From Felis catus (Eukaryota), in NCBI RefSeq assembly GCF_018350175.1, contig NC_058368.1:90336001-90396000 (forward strand): a stretch of DNA of 60,000 nucleotides, read 5' to 3'. The position numbers were made by a program, and so were the translations under genes. Positions 1 to 12,459 of the stretch are shown here, piece after piece. Every line of letters begins with the position of its first letter. Position 1 is the first letter of the stretch. The notes under the pieces were generated by a model that worked only from the letters and a program-made list of their open reading frames with translations, had not been told where the DNA came from and searched no databases.

Positions 1-270
1 CCATATGGTTTCACTCTTATGTGGATCCTGAGAAACTTAACAGGAACCCATGGGGGAGGGGAAGGAAAAAAAAAAAAAGAGGTTAGAGTGGGAGAGAGCC
101 AAAGCATAAGAGACTGTTAAAAACTGAGAACAAACTGAGGGTTGATGGGGGGTGGGAGAGAGGAGAGGGTGGGTGATGGGTATTGAGGAGGGCACCTTTT
201 GGGATGAGCACTGGGTGTTGTATGGAAACCAATTTGTCAATAAATTTAATATATATATAAAAAAAAAAAA
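1..270 (+). mobile_element. 3' end (3'UTR and poly-A tail) of a young felid-type LINE-1, truncated by the window edge
   Basis: Carnivore L1 3'UTR sequence (AAAACTGAGAACAAACTGAGGGTTGATGGGGGG...GGGATGAGCACTGGGTGTTGTATGGAAACCAATT), then AATAAA and an A-tail; a near-identical copy lies at ~28060-28250. Confidence 0.85.
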
Positions 271-458
271 GAAATATCCACAATGGCCAAACCCAGAGGG
301 ACAGAAATAGATTAGTGGTCGCCAGGGGTGGAGGGGGTTGGGGAATGGAGAGTGATACGTAAGAAGTTTCTTTCTGGAGTGATGGAGTTAGTGGTAATGA
401 TTGCACAACTTTGTGAATGTACTAACACCAAACTGTGCACTTTAAAAGGGTGACTTTT
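271..458 (+). mobile_element. Older L1M 3'-end fragment
   Basis: AGATTAGTGGTCGCCAGGGG...GATTGCACAACTTTGTGAATGTACTAA...TGTGCACTTTAAAAGGGTGA is typical of L1MA/MB 3'UTRs. Confidence 0.7.
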
Positions 459-683
459 GGGGCGCCTGGGTGGCTCAATTAAGGGTTTGACTTCGGCTCA
501 GGTCATGATCTTACGGTTCATGAGACCCTGCATCGGGATCTGTGCTGACAGCTCAGAGCCTGGAGCCTGCTTCAGATTCTTTGTCTCCCTCTCTCTCTGC
601 TCCTCCCCTGCTCATACTCTGTCTCTGTCTCTGTCTCTGTCTCTCTCTCTCAAAAATAAACATTTTTTTTAAAAAAAGAAAGA
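459..683 (+). mobile_element. Can-SINE (SINEC_Fc-like)
   Basis: GGGGCGCCTGGGTGGCTCA head, (CT)n tract, AATAAA and A-rich tail. Confidence 0.9.
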
Positions 684-775
684 AATGCAAACACTCTGAG
701 GTGGGGCCCACCAATCTGTGTTTTAACAAGCCTTACAGGTGATTCTGATGTATGCTCAAGCTTGAGAACTACTGG
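684..775. mobile_element. MER5A-like hAT-Charlie DNA transposon fragment
   Basis: GTGGGGCCCA..AATCTGTGTTTTAACAAGCC...AGGTGATTCTGATG...TTGAGAACTACTG matches the recalled MER5A end. Confidence 0.7.
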
Positions 776-1729
776 CATGAAGGAACAAAATAACCCTTTA
801 CCTCCTCCTAAGGTGTTAACAAGTACTCCAAATTCCTGAGGGTAGATTACTCCCCAGAGAGCACATTATCAGTTCAAGCTTACAAGGTCTTAAAGAAAAA
901 TGGCCTCTGCGCCTTGATAAGGTCTCAAGCAATACTTCAGAAGACTTTTGATCACTCTGGCTGTCAACCATAAAACTGCCTATTTTACTTCCTTCTATCA
1001 TATTAGATTTCTGAATGCTGGTGACAGAAACCCAATTGGCAACCAGCTAAAGCCTCCCAAGATGATCCCAAAGTGCCCCGATGGGTTTGCCCGCCTGCCG
1101 TTTCCTGGGTGGGCTCAGGCCAGCAGCATGATCCTGCAACCAAACTGGACCTGGACCTTCTGGATTGCCCCAAATATAATTAACAGCTCCCTCTTTCACT
1201 CACAAGTGTCGGTGTTTGTGAGGGGGTGGACCCTTACAGGCCAGCACTGGGAAAGCAGAGGGTCCACATCCTCTACCCATGCTTATGCAGAAACCCCTAA
1301 TGTCCCAGGGCCAGCCCCATCCTGATCCTTGGACCACCAAGCCCCAGGGTCCCTCTCTCTCATGTGTGGGGACTGCACGTATTTCTATGTACCCTGCCAG
1401 CTTCGAGGCTCCCTGACAACCCGTCCTCAGCTCCTGGAGGTTTTCCTAGTCTTAGGTCCCAGCGTCCGAATTCTGAAAATGGTGGCAATCGTCTAACCCC
1501 TTCCAGAAGCCCTTTGCAAAGTTAATATGCCTTGGGGTGCACAGCACAATTAGCCGGACGTGTATTTGCAAATGCTATTTCTTTACATTTCCCCCACAAA
1601 CCCTGGACAGGTTTTCACAGAACGCCAGGGCCCCGGCTCTCTGCGCGACCAGTTCCTTTGGCCTGTGCACTCGGCCATTCTGGCCAGAAGCCCATGGCCC
1701 CGGGGCTGGGCTGTCGCTCCTTAGATGAG

Positions 1730-2460
1730 ACTACAGTGCCGGGCCTTGGGCGAGAGGGAGGCGGACCCGGCCGGGTCAGGCCGGCCTGCGGCGGGAGGCC
1801 GGGGGCAGTGGGGCGGGGCGGGGCCCGGGGAGACGCGCGCGCCCCGCGGGCCCCGAGCCGGCGTTTGCTGGTCCGCGCGCCCGCCAGGGGGCGCCGCCCG
1901 GTCAGCCCGCCCGCCCCGCCCCGCCCCGCCCGCTCGGCTCCGGCGCGGCGGCGACGGCGGCGGCGCTTCCGCCTGGCCGGCCTCGGCCCGGTGCGAGCGG
2001 TCTCACGATGTGGTTGGGCCCGGAGGAGGTGCTGGTGGCCAACGCGCTTTGGGTGACGGAGCGGGCCAACCCCTTCTTCGTGCTGCAGCGGCGCCGCGGC
2101 CACGGCAAGGGCGGCGGCCTCACGGGTGAGAGGCGCGCGGCGGCCGGGCCTATGGACGCGGCCGCGGGCCGGGCGGGGAGGGCGCGCCGGCGGCGGGGGC
2201 CGGGCCGGGGCGGGGGCGCGAGGGGAGGGCGGGGGGTCAGGGAGGCGAAGAGGGTGTCCGGGGCGGGAGGTGGGGACGGGGCCTGGGGGCGGGGGGCGCG
2301 CGGTGAGGACGGGCCTAGGACGGGGGAAAGGCAAAGGGGCTGGCGTTGGGAGGCTGGTCGGCGACTTCAGCCAACCCCGGGAGGTCAGGCGAAGGCTGGC
2401 AGCGGCCTCTGGCCGATCGCGGTGCCCGTGAGCTTCCCGGGGCTTAGCCCAGGCGTGTGC
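1730..2460 (+). promoter_or_regulatory. CpG island / TATA-less promoter of TBC1D9B with several GC boxes and a CTCF-like motif
   Basis: Very GC- and CpG-rich; GGGGCGGGG/CCCCGCCCC repeats at ~1810-1823 and ~1913-1931; CCGCCAGGGGGCGC at 1881-1894; spans exon 1. Confidence 0.85.
2008..2125 (+). CDS. TBC1D9B: TBC1D9B exon 1 (coding part, 118 nt)
   Basis: cacgATG start; [39 protein letters not shown]; donor G|GTGAG. Confidence 0.95.
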
Positions 2461-3151
2461 AGTCTCCTGGAGTGAGATTTCACAGCTGAAAGCGACATCT
2501 CCTGGTCCTCTGCGTCTGCCTCAGTTTCCCCCAGGACGTCAGAGGCGCCAAGTGACACAAGCACACGTTTTCTTTTGCGTCTTTCCTTCCGCCCAGATTT
2601 GCCCTTTTAGTGAGATCAGAAGCCCCCTGAGCTGCTGCTGGCCTCAGCCCCCATCCCTCCAGCTTTTTGTCCACCTTTCTTGCTTGGTGGTGCCCTGGAG
2701 CCGCAGACGGAGGCTTTGCCTAATTACCAGTGTAGGCTGTTCTGGCGAGCCAACCAAGGTGCCCCTTTGTCCATCTGGGCAGCACCGCTAATGGTGGGCA
2801 GGCACCTCCAGGAGTTGTGTGGCACGTGGGATCCAGAGAAAGTGCCCTGGGCCTTCCCTCTCTCTGCAAGTTGTCCGAGGTCCCTCATGCTCCAAGCCTG
2901 TGTGGGCACTACCAGTGCAGAGCTGGGGCAGGCTCAGTGTCTATGCTTCCAGGTGGCCCTTTGTTGCCATACCAGACTGCAGGCCCAGTGTTGCCAGATC
3001 TTACGGTTATCAACAGGAAATTTCTGTGAAACATTGTGATTTTAAACATTAGCAGCGAATAGTCGTCTGAGATGCAGCTAGGAGTTTCCCACAGACCTTC
3101 TCTGCCACTTTTCCTGGCCATACCTCCTAATGTGGAAGAGACTGTACCGTT

Positions 3152-3370
3152 CTTTTTTTTTTTTTTTTTCCTTAATGTTTACTTATTTTGAGAGAGAGAG
3201 TGCGCACACACATGCTCGAGCATGGAAAGGGCAGAGAGAGAGGTAAACAGAGGATTGGAAGCAGGCTCCATTATGACAGAGCCTGATGCGGGGCTCAAAC
3301 TCACGAACTGTGACATCATGACCTGAGCCGAAGTCAGACCCTTAACTAACTGAGCCACCCCAGGCTCCCC
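3152..3370 (-). mobile_element. Can-SINE
   Basis: Poly-T, then reverse-complement body ending TGAGCCACCCCAGGCTCCCC. Confidence 0.85.
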
Positions 3371-3925
3371 GGACTGTGCCTTCCTAAGAAAACTGTGTTC
3401 CTTTCAGTGCCTAAGCTGCCTCCCAGCAGCCTCAAGAATCACAGGAGCCAGTGCTGGACCTGTGTCCTAGACTAGGATGTTCAGTGGATGTTAGACAGCA
3501 GCTCCTCTGGAGAGTCTGAACAGTGGTCAACCTCAAAAGCCCATTTAGGAAAGCCAGACATGGTGCTCAGTACCTTGTGTAGCACCAGTGTGCTTCCAGC
3601 ACTCGTTCTGTGCTCTGTGCATCTAAAGATCGTCTCAGAGGGTGGGTGGGACCCTCTGTGCTCCGCCTTCCTGGGCACAGAAGGTGCTTTCCACTTCACT
3701 CCTGTCTCTGTGCCCCCCCCCCCAGAGTGTGTCCACCCCCCAACCAGGAACCACTCCTTCAGCTCCCTGTTCAGCTAGGTGTGATGAGTCCTGCCGTGGC
3801 CTCTGCCATGGCCTTCCTTGTGCCATCATAGACATCCTGGCTTCCTGAACCCTGTATCTCCAAGGGAGGAACAGTTAGCGATGTGGTTTTGTTCAGGCTG
3901 GCCTTTAAAAACAGATGCCAGCCCT

Positions 3926-4125
3926 GGGGTGCCTGGGTGGCTCAGTCAGTTAAGCATCCGAGTTCAGCTCAGGTCATGATCTCATGGTTTGTGGGTTCAA
4001 GCCCCACGTCTGGCTCTCTGCTGTCAGTGCAGAGCCCGCTTCAGATCCTCTGTCCCTCTCTCTCTCTGCCCCTCCCCTGCTCACTCTCTCCCTCTCAAAA
4101 ATAAATAAACATTAAAAAAAAAAAA
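3926..4125 (+). mobile_element. Can-SINE with target-site duplication
   Basis: GGGGTGCCTGGGTGGCTCAGTC head and A tail; flanks AGATGCCAGCC / AAATGCTAGCC. Confidence 0.88.
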
Positions 4126-4199
4126 TGCTAGCCTGGATTCCTCATTGAAGAGTCTGAGTGTGACGAGATGTTCTGCCCATGAAAAAGCTTTCAGGTCTT

Positions 4200-5264
4200 G
4201 AAACAAGGATATGCCAACAGTATAAGGATTAAAATAAAATCTCCAAGACCCAAAGAGAAACCCCAGCAGAAACCATGGGGAAAAAAAAGTTTATTCCAAA
4301 TCCTGATGAAGTTTTAATATGCCAATTTAACTGCAATTTAGAGAGGTGGTTTAGAACATTTCAATAAAACAAGCGAGAGATTCCAGACTCCTAAATTGGA
4401 TATGGGTGATGAGTATCTTCTTTTGTAATCAGTAATTTTATTTGTTAAGATTTAGGAGGGAAAAAAAATAGTTAAAAATGGAATATGACCCAAAAGTGTT
4501 AAAGTCGAGTTAATAAAATCATTCTGACATCAACAGGAAAATGGTAACAGAATACTTCCAGATCATACCAAAAACAGCACTTCATGAAAAGGAAAAAATA
4601 AATTCCAAATAGGAACAGTGAACAGATTTTCAGATAGCTTAATAATTCAATTTAACAAAGAGAAGTGAATCAAACATGGGTCAAAGGCATTTCTTCTAAT
4701 TTGTCAGGGAAACAGCAACATTGATAAAGGATATATGTGATGAAAAGGGAAATTTGAAATGTCCTAAAATGCTTCAGTTCAGAGATGGAAACAACTAGAT
4801 CAGTGTTTTCCCAAATTGGACAGTTCTAAAAATTGCCATGTCTTCTTCAGTCATGACTTCTGAAGCCACAAGGAACCTCCTTAAACTTTCCAGAATAAAA
4901 ATGTGTGATTACTTGGCGGAGGAAAGACTACATTATCTTCCTGTTGTTGATAATGGAAAGTGATATTACAAAGTCATTGTCTTATATTTGAAAAAGCCAT
5001 CAGAGTACATGGCCAAAAATGTCAGGGCAAAAACAAAAATGTATCTTAATGAGATGTGTCTGGCAGTTAATAAAACACATTGTACTTTTTGTCTGGATTT
5101 TGTGATATCCATGGTATTGTTTTTGTTTTTAATTTGAGACTTGTCCTTTCTCGTTCTAAAGAAATGCTTGTTTTCAAACCTAATTTTGTATTTTTCCTAA
5201 AGAGGGCCCCCCAGAATTGTTTAAGCTCATAAAAAGGGCCCCTTAAATCCTGAGTCTGCCCCTG
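4200..5264 (+). mobile_element. Decayed hAT (Tip100/Zaphod-like) DNA transposon with a transposase remnant
   Basis: AT-rich block; frame from 4805 reads VFPNWTVLKIAMSSSVMTSEATRNLLKLSRIK...EERLHYL (hAT C-terminal dimerisation motif); ends in a TIR-like GGGCCCC...TCTGCCCCTG. Confidence 0.7.
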
Positions 5265-5509
5265 CCTGCAAGCATTTGTGAGTCAGGAGAATAAGCAGAA
5301 GCTTCCAGGAAGAAGTGGGAGGGGAGTTTTTGATAGGGATCAGATACAGCTGAAGGCCTTTGAGGAAAAAGAAGTTATTTGGTGGACGAGGGTGATGCCA
5401 GACCTGTCATAGCCTCATGGCATTGAGGGCAGTGCTACTGTTCTGGCTGCCTCCGGGCTCGGCTGCCGGTGTGGCTCTCCCTCACCCTCACTCTCTGCCC
5501 TGCCCCCAG

Positions 5510-5620
5510 GTCTTCTTGTGGGCACCCTGGACGTGGTGTTGGACTCCAGTGCCCGCGTGGCCCCTTATCGAATCCTGCACCAGACCCAGGACTCCCAGGT
5601 CTACTGGACAGTGGCATGTG
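5510..5620 (+). CDS. TBC1D9B: TBC1D9B exon 2 (111 nt)
   Basis: cccccag|[47 protein letters not shown]; donor G|GTAGG. Confidence 0.95.
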
Positions 5621-5934
5621 GTAGGTGCCTTGAATCACAAAGGATGCTGGACAGGGCCTGCCCTAGATGAGCAAGGTGGGCCCTCCAGCAGGGAGGGGAC
5701 CCAGCCTGCATTCCTGGACTGGATATTGCCTCCAGAGAACCTGGTGCTACCCTTCGTTCAGACCACACAGCCCAGGCCTGCGTCCAGCTTAGGAAGGCAG
5801 CTCAGAGGTTCACAGGTGCCCTGTAGTGCTTTGAGATTGTGGACATTGGTGGGAACGTGCATGTGCGGAGCAGTGAAAAATTGGAGTTACCCAACACACA
5901 GGTTGCCTGCTGAGGGGGAACAAGAACAAGCCAT

Positions 5935-6155
5935 CTTTCTTTTTTTTTTTAATTTTTTTAATGTGTATTCATTTTTGAGATAGAAAGAGCATGAGTGGGG
6001 AAGGGGCAGAGAGGGGGAGACACAGAATCTGAAGCAGGCTCCAGGCTCTGAGCTGTCAGCACAGAGCCCGACTCGGGGCTCGAACTCATCAACTGCGAGA
6101 TCATGACCTGAGCTGAAGTTGGACACCCAACTGACTGAGTCACCCGGGCACCCCC
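5935..6155 (-). mobile_element. Can-SINE
   Basis: Poly-T and reverse-complement SINEC body. Confidence 0.88.
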
Positions 6156-6275
6156 ATTTTTCTATCTTCTTGTGTCAGCTGTCAAACTGTAAACGAGTAT
6201 CCTTTCTGTAGTCTAAGCACCATACTTTGGGCTTTTTGTGTTGTTTGTTGGTGACTTTGTTTCAAATGGCCCCCT

Positions 6276-6695
6276 GGGACACCTGGGTGGCTCTTTGGTT
6301 GAGCATCAATTCTTGCTTTCTGCTCCGATCATGATCTCACAGTTCCTGGGATCAAGGTCTGCTTGGGATTCTCTCTTTCTCCCTCTCTCACTGCCCCTCC
6401 GCTGCATGGGTGTGCTCTCTCGCTCAAAATAAATAAACTTTAAAAGTAAATAAATTGGGGTGCCTGGGTGGCTCAGTCGGTGAAGTGTCCAACTTCAGCT
6501 CAAGTCATGATCTCAGTTTGTGGGGTCGAGCCCCGCATTGGGCTCTGTGCTGACAGCTCGGAGCCTGGAGCCTGCTTCAGAGTTTGTGTCTCCTTTTCTC
6601 TCCCTGCTCATGCTCTGTCTCTCTCTCTCTGTCTCTCTCTCAAAAATTAATAAACATAAAAAATTGTTTGAATAAATAAAATACAAATAAATAAA
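6276..6695 (+). mobile_element. Two tandem Can-SINEs (~6276-6455, ~6457-6695)
   Basis: Two SINE heads, each followed by a CT tract and an AATAAA-rich tail. Confidence 0.85.
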
Positions 6696-7566
6696 GTGGA
6701 CCCAAATGTAATGCCAAGGTGCTGGCTGGGTTCCTAAGCACAAAAAGTGTGATGTGCCTCATAGAGAAAGTAGGTGTGTTAGAGAAGCTTCATTCAGGCA
6801 TGTGTTACAGACAGAGTTGCTAGCCATGAGTTTCACGTTAGGGAATTAATATATATTAAATAGGGTGCCTTTAATCAGAGAGCCACATAAAACAAAGTCA
6901 TGTATTGATCGGTTGATGAAAATGTTGTGACCACAGGTTTACAGGAGCTTAGCCTTCCCTGTAGCTCCCCTGGGGTCAGTATTGTTCATGAGACTTTACA
7001 GAAGTAGCTGCCGTGAATAATGGGACCGGCAGTAGTCATCCACCTGGGAGGAGACACGCTCAGCCCTCCCTAGAGTCTGGGAGGAGGTCCTCTTTCAGTG
7101 GGTACTAACCCAGCTGAGGTCACTGGGATACATTAACGGTCACAGCCAGCACTCAGACAGCACATGCAGCAGGCCAGGCACTTATGTGAACCTCCCGAAA
7201 ACTCGAGAAGGTGAAACTTTGTTTTTTGTGAGTTTTTTTTTTCCTGTATTTTGAAGATGAGGAAACTGTGGCACAGCGAGGGTTAGGAGGCCTGAGAAAG
7301 GATAAGAGTGTTCACAGCTGAGACCCCTTCTTCCAAAGTCATCTTCCTCCCTGGCACCTGAACAGAGGTGCCCTTTCCCCTGTGTAGGAATCAACAAAGG
7401 CTTCAAAGTCTGGGATTGCCCAAGGCCAGGTGGGGGCGAATTGGGACCCCTGCTCTCCTGGTTCCAGAGTCTGCCTGAGAGAGGGGCTTCCTATGGGGTG
7501 GGACCCAGGGAGGTTGTCCTGTGCCTGAGCTGCAAGGAGACACATTACTCTAAAATGGGCCTTTGT

Positions 7567-8230
7567 GGAGGCCTCTGGGTGGCTCAATTAGTTAAGCATC
7601 TGACTCTTGATTTCAGCTCAGGTCATGATCTCACGGTTGGTGGGTTTGAGCCCTGAATCGGTCTCTGTTTTGAGGATACAGAGCCTGACTGGGATTCTCT
7701 CTCCCTCTGTCTGCCCCTCCCCCCCCCCCTCTCTCTCTTTCAAATAAATAAAACTTTAAATAAATAAAACTTTAAAATAAAGAAATGAAATGGGTCCTTT
7801 GGGCCCTGGTTGGCCCAGTCAGTTAAGCGTCCAACTTCGGCTCAGGTCATGATCTCTCAGTTTATGAGTCGGAGCCCCACATCAGTCTCTGTGCTGACAG
7901 CTCAGAGCCTGGAGCCTGCTTCTGATTCTGTATCTCCCTCTCTGCCCCTCTCCTGCTCATGCTCTCTCTCTCTCTTTCTCAAAAATAAATAAATACTTTA
8001 AAAGAATTTTTTAGGGGCACCTGGGTGGCTCAGCTCAGGTCATGATCTCACAGTCCCTGAGTTCCAGCCCCGCGTTGGGCTCTGTGCTGACAGCTCAAAG
8101 CCTGAAGCCTGTTTCACATTCTGTGTCTCCCTCTCTCTCTCTGATCCTCCCCTGTTCATGCTCTGTCTCTCTCTGTCTCAAAAATAAATAAATGTTAAGA
8201 AAAAAAATTTTTTTTTAATTTTTTTAATAA
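7567..8230 (+). mobile_element. Cluster of three tandem Can-SINEs
   Basis: Heads at ~7567, ~7801 and ~8014; AAATGGG(C/T)C(C/T)TT recurs at ~7553, ~7788 and ~8230. Confidence 0.85.
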
Positions 8231-8869
8231 AATGGGCCCTTGAGATTTTCCCTTGTCTCAGCAATGTTCCTTCTCAGCAGATGAGGAAGAGACAATCCAT
8301 GGCAGTGAGAGGAAGGCCATGCTTGTGGCAGTGTGGGAACTAGCAGGGCCTGGTGCTGGGGAGCCTTAGTCTTTAGCCTCAGGCCACACACTGACCTACT
8401 CCTGCTTTTACCACACCCCCCAAGCCTTCCCTGACCTCTGCTGTGCCTCCCTCCTTCCCCTTCAGCTCTGCAAAACCAGACACGGTCATGCTGACACCTG
8501 CCCAGTGAATCCTGACTCCTTAGCTTTCCATTAAAGGACTTTTGGGGCCAGCCTGCCTCCATTTCTGTCCTTCCCTCATCTCACAACTGGCCTTCAGCCA
8601 GACCAGACACACCTGTCCTGGCCAATGCGTAGTGTCCCCCCCACATCCACCTAACCTTGCACTCTGTTGAGAACCCGCCCAGTGTCAGCTCCTATGGAAA
8701 ACCAGATTCCCTAGACTCAGGTATCCACTTTTTCCTTCTTGCTACTCCAGACTCACCATGTTTGGGGTACTTTTACCAGCACTTTTACACTAAGGGCTCA
8801 CTGGCTCTCACCCTAGACTGGCAGCTCCCTAAGGGCAAGGGTAGAGTCTGAGCAACCAGTCAGCCTGGG

Positions 8870-9060
8870 CTAGGACCATGGTTTGGTCACATCTCAGCTG
8901 TGTGACACTGGGCAACTCACTTAACCTCTCTGTGCCTCACCTCCATCCTATAAAACAAAAATAATGGTACTGTCTCCAAGGTTCTCTAAGAAGAAAATAA
9001 GATATTCCATGAGAAGTTCTGAAAACAGAAGTAGCACTTAATAATGATTAGCTATCTTTT
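8870..9060 (+). mobile_element. MIR remnant
   Basis: AGCTGTGTGACACTGGGCAACTCACTTAACCTCTCTGTGCCTCA core. Confidence 0.7.
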
Positions 9061-9963
9061 TTATTCTCTGAACCTAACATAAAGATGGCATAGTTTGTGT
9101 TTACTTAGTGCTAAGGGAAGATTGAGTTACTTCTAACTGATAATTCTTTTGAATGCACATAGGTAAATATTTATACTCAAAGTGCAGACAGATCCACACA
9201 GCGGACAGTGTGGACAAGATTTCTTCTGTTTGAGGTTGCCAGGAATGTGTGCATGAAAGACAATGACTCTAGAGCTGTATCACTTGCAAATTTAACTTCC
9301 AAATTCAAATGCAGGTTCTTGGCAAAAAGAGAGAGAGAGAGAAAGAGAAATCCCTTCTACCAACAAGACCTTGGCCTCTGTGCACCAGGGAAAGGAGGCC
9401 ATAAAAGAAGTCCAAAGGAAAAACGGGGGGAGAAGAAGGAAATTGTGGGTGGAATTATGCCTGTAATTTTGATTGTCTGTTGTGACTCACTGACAGTTGT
9501 ATGAATCTGGGTTTAATTGCCTTCACGTGGGCATCTTCACACTGGCCCACGGGAGAGGGGAAGGGTCTTAACTCAGTGTTGATTGCTAGAGTAGTGAACT
9601 CCTTGGGTAAATGTAAAGGAACAATCAACCTTAACCAAGACCAGCTGGGTTGTGACATGTCCCAGAGCAATCAGTGAGCGAGATGCCTGGGACAGAGTTG
9701 ATGGTAGGGACCAACTTGGCCTGGCCAGGGCAGGGTCAGGATTGAGTCTTCAGCTGGTGGAAGGTTGTTGATAGGTAGGGAAGGATGGGGTGGCAGAGAA
9801 TCAGGCACCCAGCAAAAATTGGACTTGGGTCTTTCCTCAGGCTCCCTCCATGCTTAATCTGTGGGCCTTACCACGGGCACTCACAGTCCATAAACTGATC
9901 AGCTGAGAAGGATGCAGGGCTTTCACTCTTCTGGTGTTCATTCGTTCAGAAAACGGTTCCTGA

Positions 9964-10198
9964 GGGGCGCCTGGGTGGCTCAGTCAGTTAAGCATCCAAC
10001 CCTTGGTTTCAGCTCAGGTCATGATCTCACGGTTTCATGAGTTTGAGCCCCGTGTCAGGCTCTGCACCAACAGTGCAGAGCCTGCTTGGGATTCTCTCTC
10101 TCCCTCCCTCTCTGACCCTTCCCTGCTTGCACACGTGCCCCTCTCTCTTTCTCCAAATAAATCAAATTTAAAATCTTAAAAAAAGAAAAGAGAAAGAA
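9964..10198 (+). mobile_element. Can-SINE with TSD
   Basis: Flanks AGAAAACGGTTCCTGA / AGAAAACCGTTCTTGA. Confidence 0.9.
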
Positions 10199-10957
10199 AA
10201 CCGTTCTTGAGTGAAATTCCCTGCCAGGCACAGGCAAAATCCCAAAGAGGTAGGGGAAGCCAGGCAGAGACTCCTGTCATCCCTTTGCTTCCCCTCCCAG
10301 TTCCTTCAGTTGGGGAGAGGGGGCAGAGAAAACAGCTGCCCCACCCTTCAGGAGCGGCATTAAAACTGCCCTAAGTTTTTCCATTACCACTGGAGCTGCT
10401 GTGCCCTCCAGAACCCTTCCCTGAGGAGAGAAGGGACTACCTCCTAGGCGGGCTGAAACTGGCGACTAGCCAGAAGCTGCAGGGGTCAGGAGGGGGCAGG
10501 AGAAGGGCTTGGGTGTGAAAGGGGTGGTGAGGAGGACCTTGCAGGCAAAGGCCTGGGTGGGTGCCTCTGGCTTCAGAGAGAGCAGGCGAGAGCCTCTGGC
10601 TTGCCCCACAGAAGACCAGCTGGCCAGGGGCCTGGAGTCCTACAGGAAGCTCCATCCAGCTGCCATCTGTGGACACCTGAATGCTCCTGAAACTGCTGGC
10701 ACTTACAAGTCTGACTGTCTGGTCAATCACCTATATATCAAAGACCACATCAAGTCCTTTTATCTGGAAGGGAAATCTTTACAACTAAGCAAACCTGCAG
10801 ATCTATAGACTATTTCTGGAAGGGCATGTAGGAAGCTAGTGGTGACTCTTACTTGGTGTTAGGGGAAATGGAGGCTTTATGTTCCACATGACTCTCTACA
10901 ATTCTGCCTGAACCATTGTTCGTGTTCATGACTACTGTTATGTATGTAAAGTTGTGG

Positions 10958-11163
10958 TTTTTTTAATGTTTATTTAATTTTGAGAGAGAGACAGAGTGAG
11001 GACAGGGGAAGGGCAGAGAGAGAGGGAGACACAGAATCCAAAGCAGGCTTCAGTCTCTGAGCTGTCAACCCAGAGCCTAATGTGGGGCTCGAACTCACGA
11101 CCCACGAGATCATGACTTAAGCCAAAGTCAGGCACTTAACTGACTGAGCCACCCAGGCACCCT
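10958..11163 (-). mobile_element. Can-SINE with TSD
   Basis: Flanks TGTATGTAAAGTT / TGTACGTAAAGTT. Confidence 0.88.
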
Positions 11164-11321
11164 TGTACGTAAAGTTTAAGTAGGAAAAGAGTTAGCGGCC
11201 TGAAGATTGGAGTCTTTTGGATATAGCAAATTAGGTCATCTGTTTTAGTCTCTGAATTTATGGTTAAGGCCTGGTGATTTTATTGATTTTCCTCTTTTTT
11301 ACTCCACCAAACCTTCCCTAG

Positions 11322-11440
11322 GTTCTTCCCGCAAAGAGATCACAAAGCACTGGGAATGGCTGGAAAATAACTTACTCCAGACGCTGTCCATCTTTGACAA
11401 TGAGGAAGATATCACCACCTTCGTCAAGGGCAAGATACAC
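11322..11440 (+). CDS. TBC1D9B: TBC1D9B exon 3 (119 nt)
   Basis: ccctag|[50 protein letters not shown]; donor |GTAAGG. Confidence 0.95.
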
Positions 11441-12431
11441 GTAAGGTTCAACTTCCACCACTGGCTCCTGCTCCTGCTCTGGGCTGGCAGGTTCACCTGT
11501 ATCATCTTATTTAACCTCCAAACAGTGTGGTTAGGTTTTACTTCCATTTACTAGAAATGGAAGGCAGTGTTCACTCCCGTTCTCTCAGTCTTGAAAGGGG
11601 CATTTGAACTTGCCACACAGGTCCCTGCTTCTCCTGGCCAGCTGCAGGAGTCTGACCAAGCTTAGCTGGGAGTTTCCATTCCCCACAAAGGAGCAGCTCT
11701 CATGGCCAATGCCTTGGCCACCGTAACAGGAAGAAGATGGAAGTGATAGAATAGTTGGAGGCATGTCTCATTTACAAAATGAACACTACTTAAAAATGTG
11801 TGCACCCTCTGACCCAGTGATTCCCTTCCTTGGAATTTACCATATGGTGTCGTCATACATGCAGAATAACACATACTCTGCAGCACTGTCAGCAGAAAGA
11901 CTGGAAACGGCACCTTCCAGCCTATGGTAGGAGGGGAAGCAGCTGCTATCTGTTCTGCAAAATGAGAGCGGTACTTCTTGCTAGCGTAGCATTTATGGAG
12001 TACCGTACTGAGCGCTTTATGTCAGGGGACTGGTTAGGTCATATATGTTATACTTAGTGGAATATGCATAAAAACTGATGCAATGATAGTTGGGTTGTTT
12101 CCTCTTCCAGGGGGACAGTTAACACTGTAAGGAACATCTACCTAAGTGCATCCTCATGTGTGTCTTCTTTTTGTTCAGTTATTTTGCCTTCAGTTAGATT
12201 TCTTGGGGGTTCTTACTGAGTCAAAGTTTCGCGGTGCATAGTTGCTTTGAGCAGGCCCTGTGACTTCTTTATGCCAGAACTTTCCAGACCTGGGCAGATG
12301 ACACCAATAGTTCCTCGGCTCTTCCCCGTGTGCTTTGGGGTTCAGAGTAAGACCTGCATTGCCTTTCTAGCTGCACGAAGAAAGGCAAGGAGGGCAGAGG
12401 CAAGTCTCTATTCTAATGAGCAAGCTGGGCA

Positions 12432-12457
12432 ATAATAATAATAATAATAATAATAAT
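12432..12457 (+). repeat. (AAT)n microsatellite
   Basis: About 8-9 perfect AAT units. Confidence 0.9.
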
Positions 12458-12459
12458 GA

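Larger units (their letters stand above)
5850..7032. mobile_element. TcMar-Tigger (MER82-like) DNA transposon interrupted by three Can-SINEs
   Basis: GTGATGTGCCTCATAGAGAAA...AGAAGCTTCATTCAGGCATG...TATTGATCGGTTGATGAAAATGTTGTGACCA segments resemble recalled MER82. Confidence 0.6.

Noticed and set aside
457..672. Recurrent short ORFs of the type MAQSVKRPTSAQVMIS... across the window, resembling a repeated gene family
   Set aside because: These are translations of Can-SINE sequence, not genes
1532..2475. Several long overlapping ORFs (up to 239 aa) around exon 1
   Set aside because: Arg/Pro/Gly-rich translations expected from a stop-poor CpG island; only 2008-2125 matches a protein
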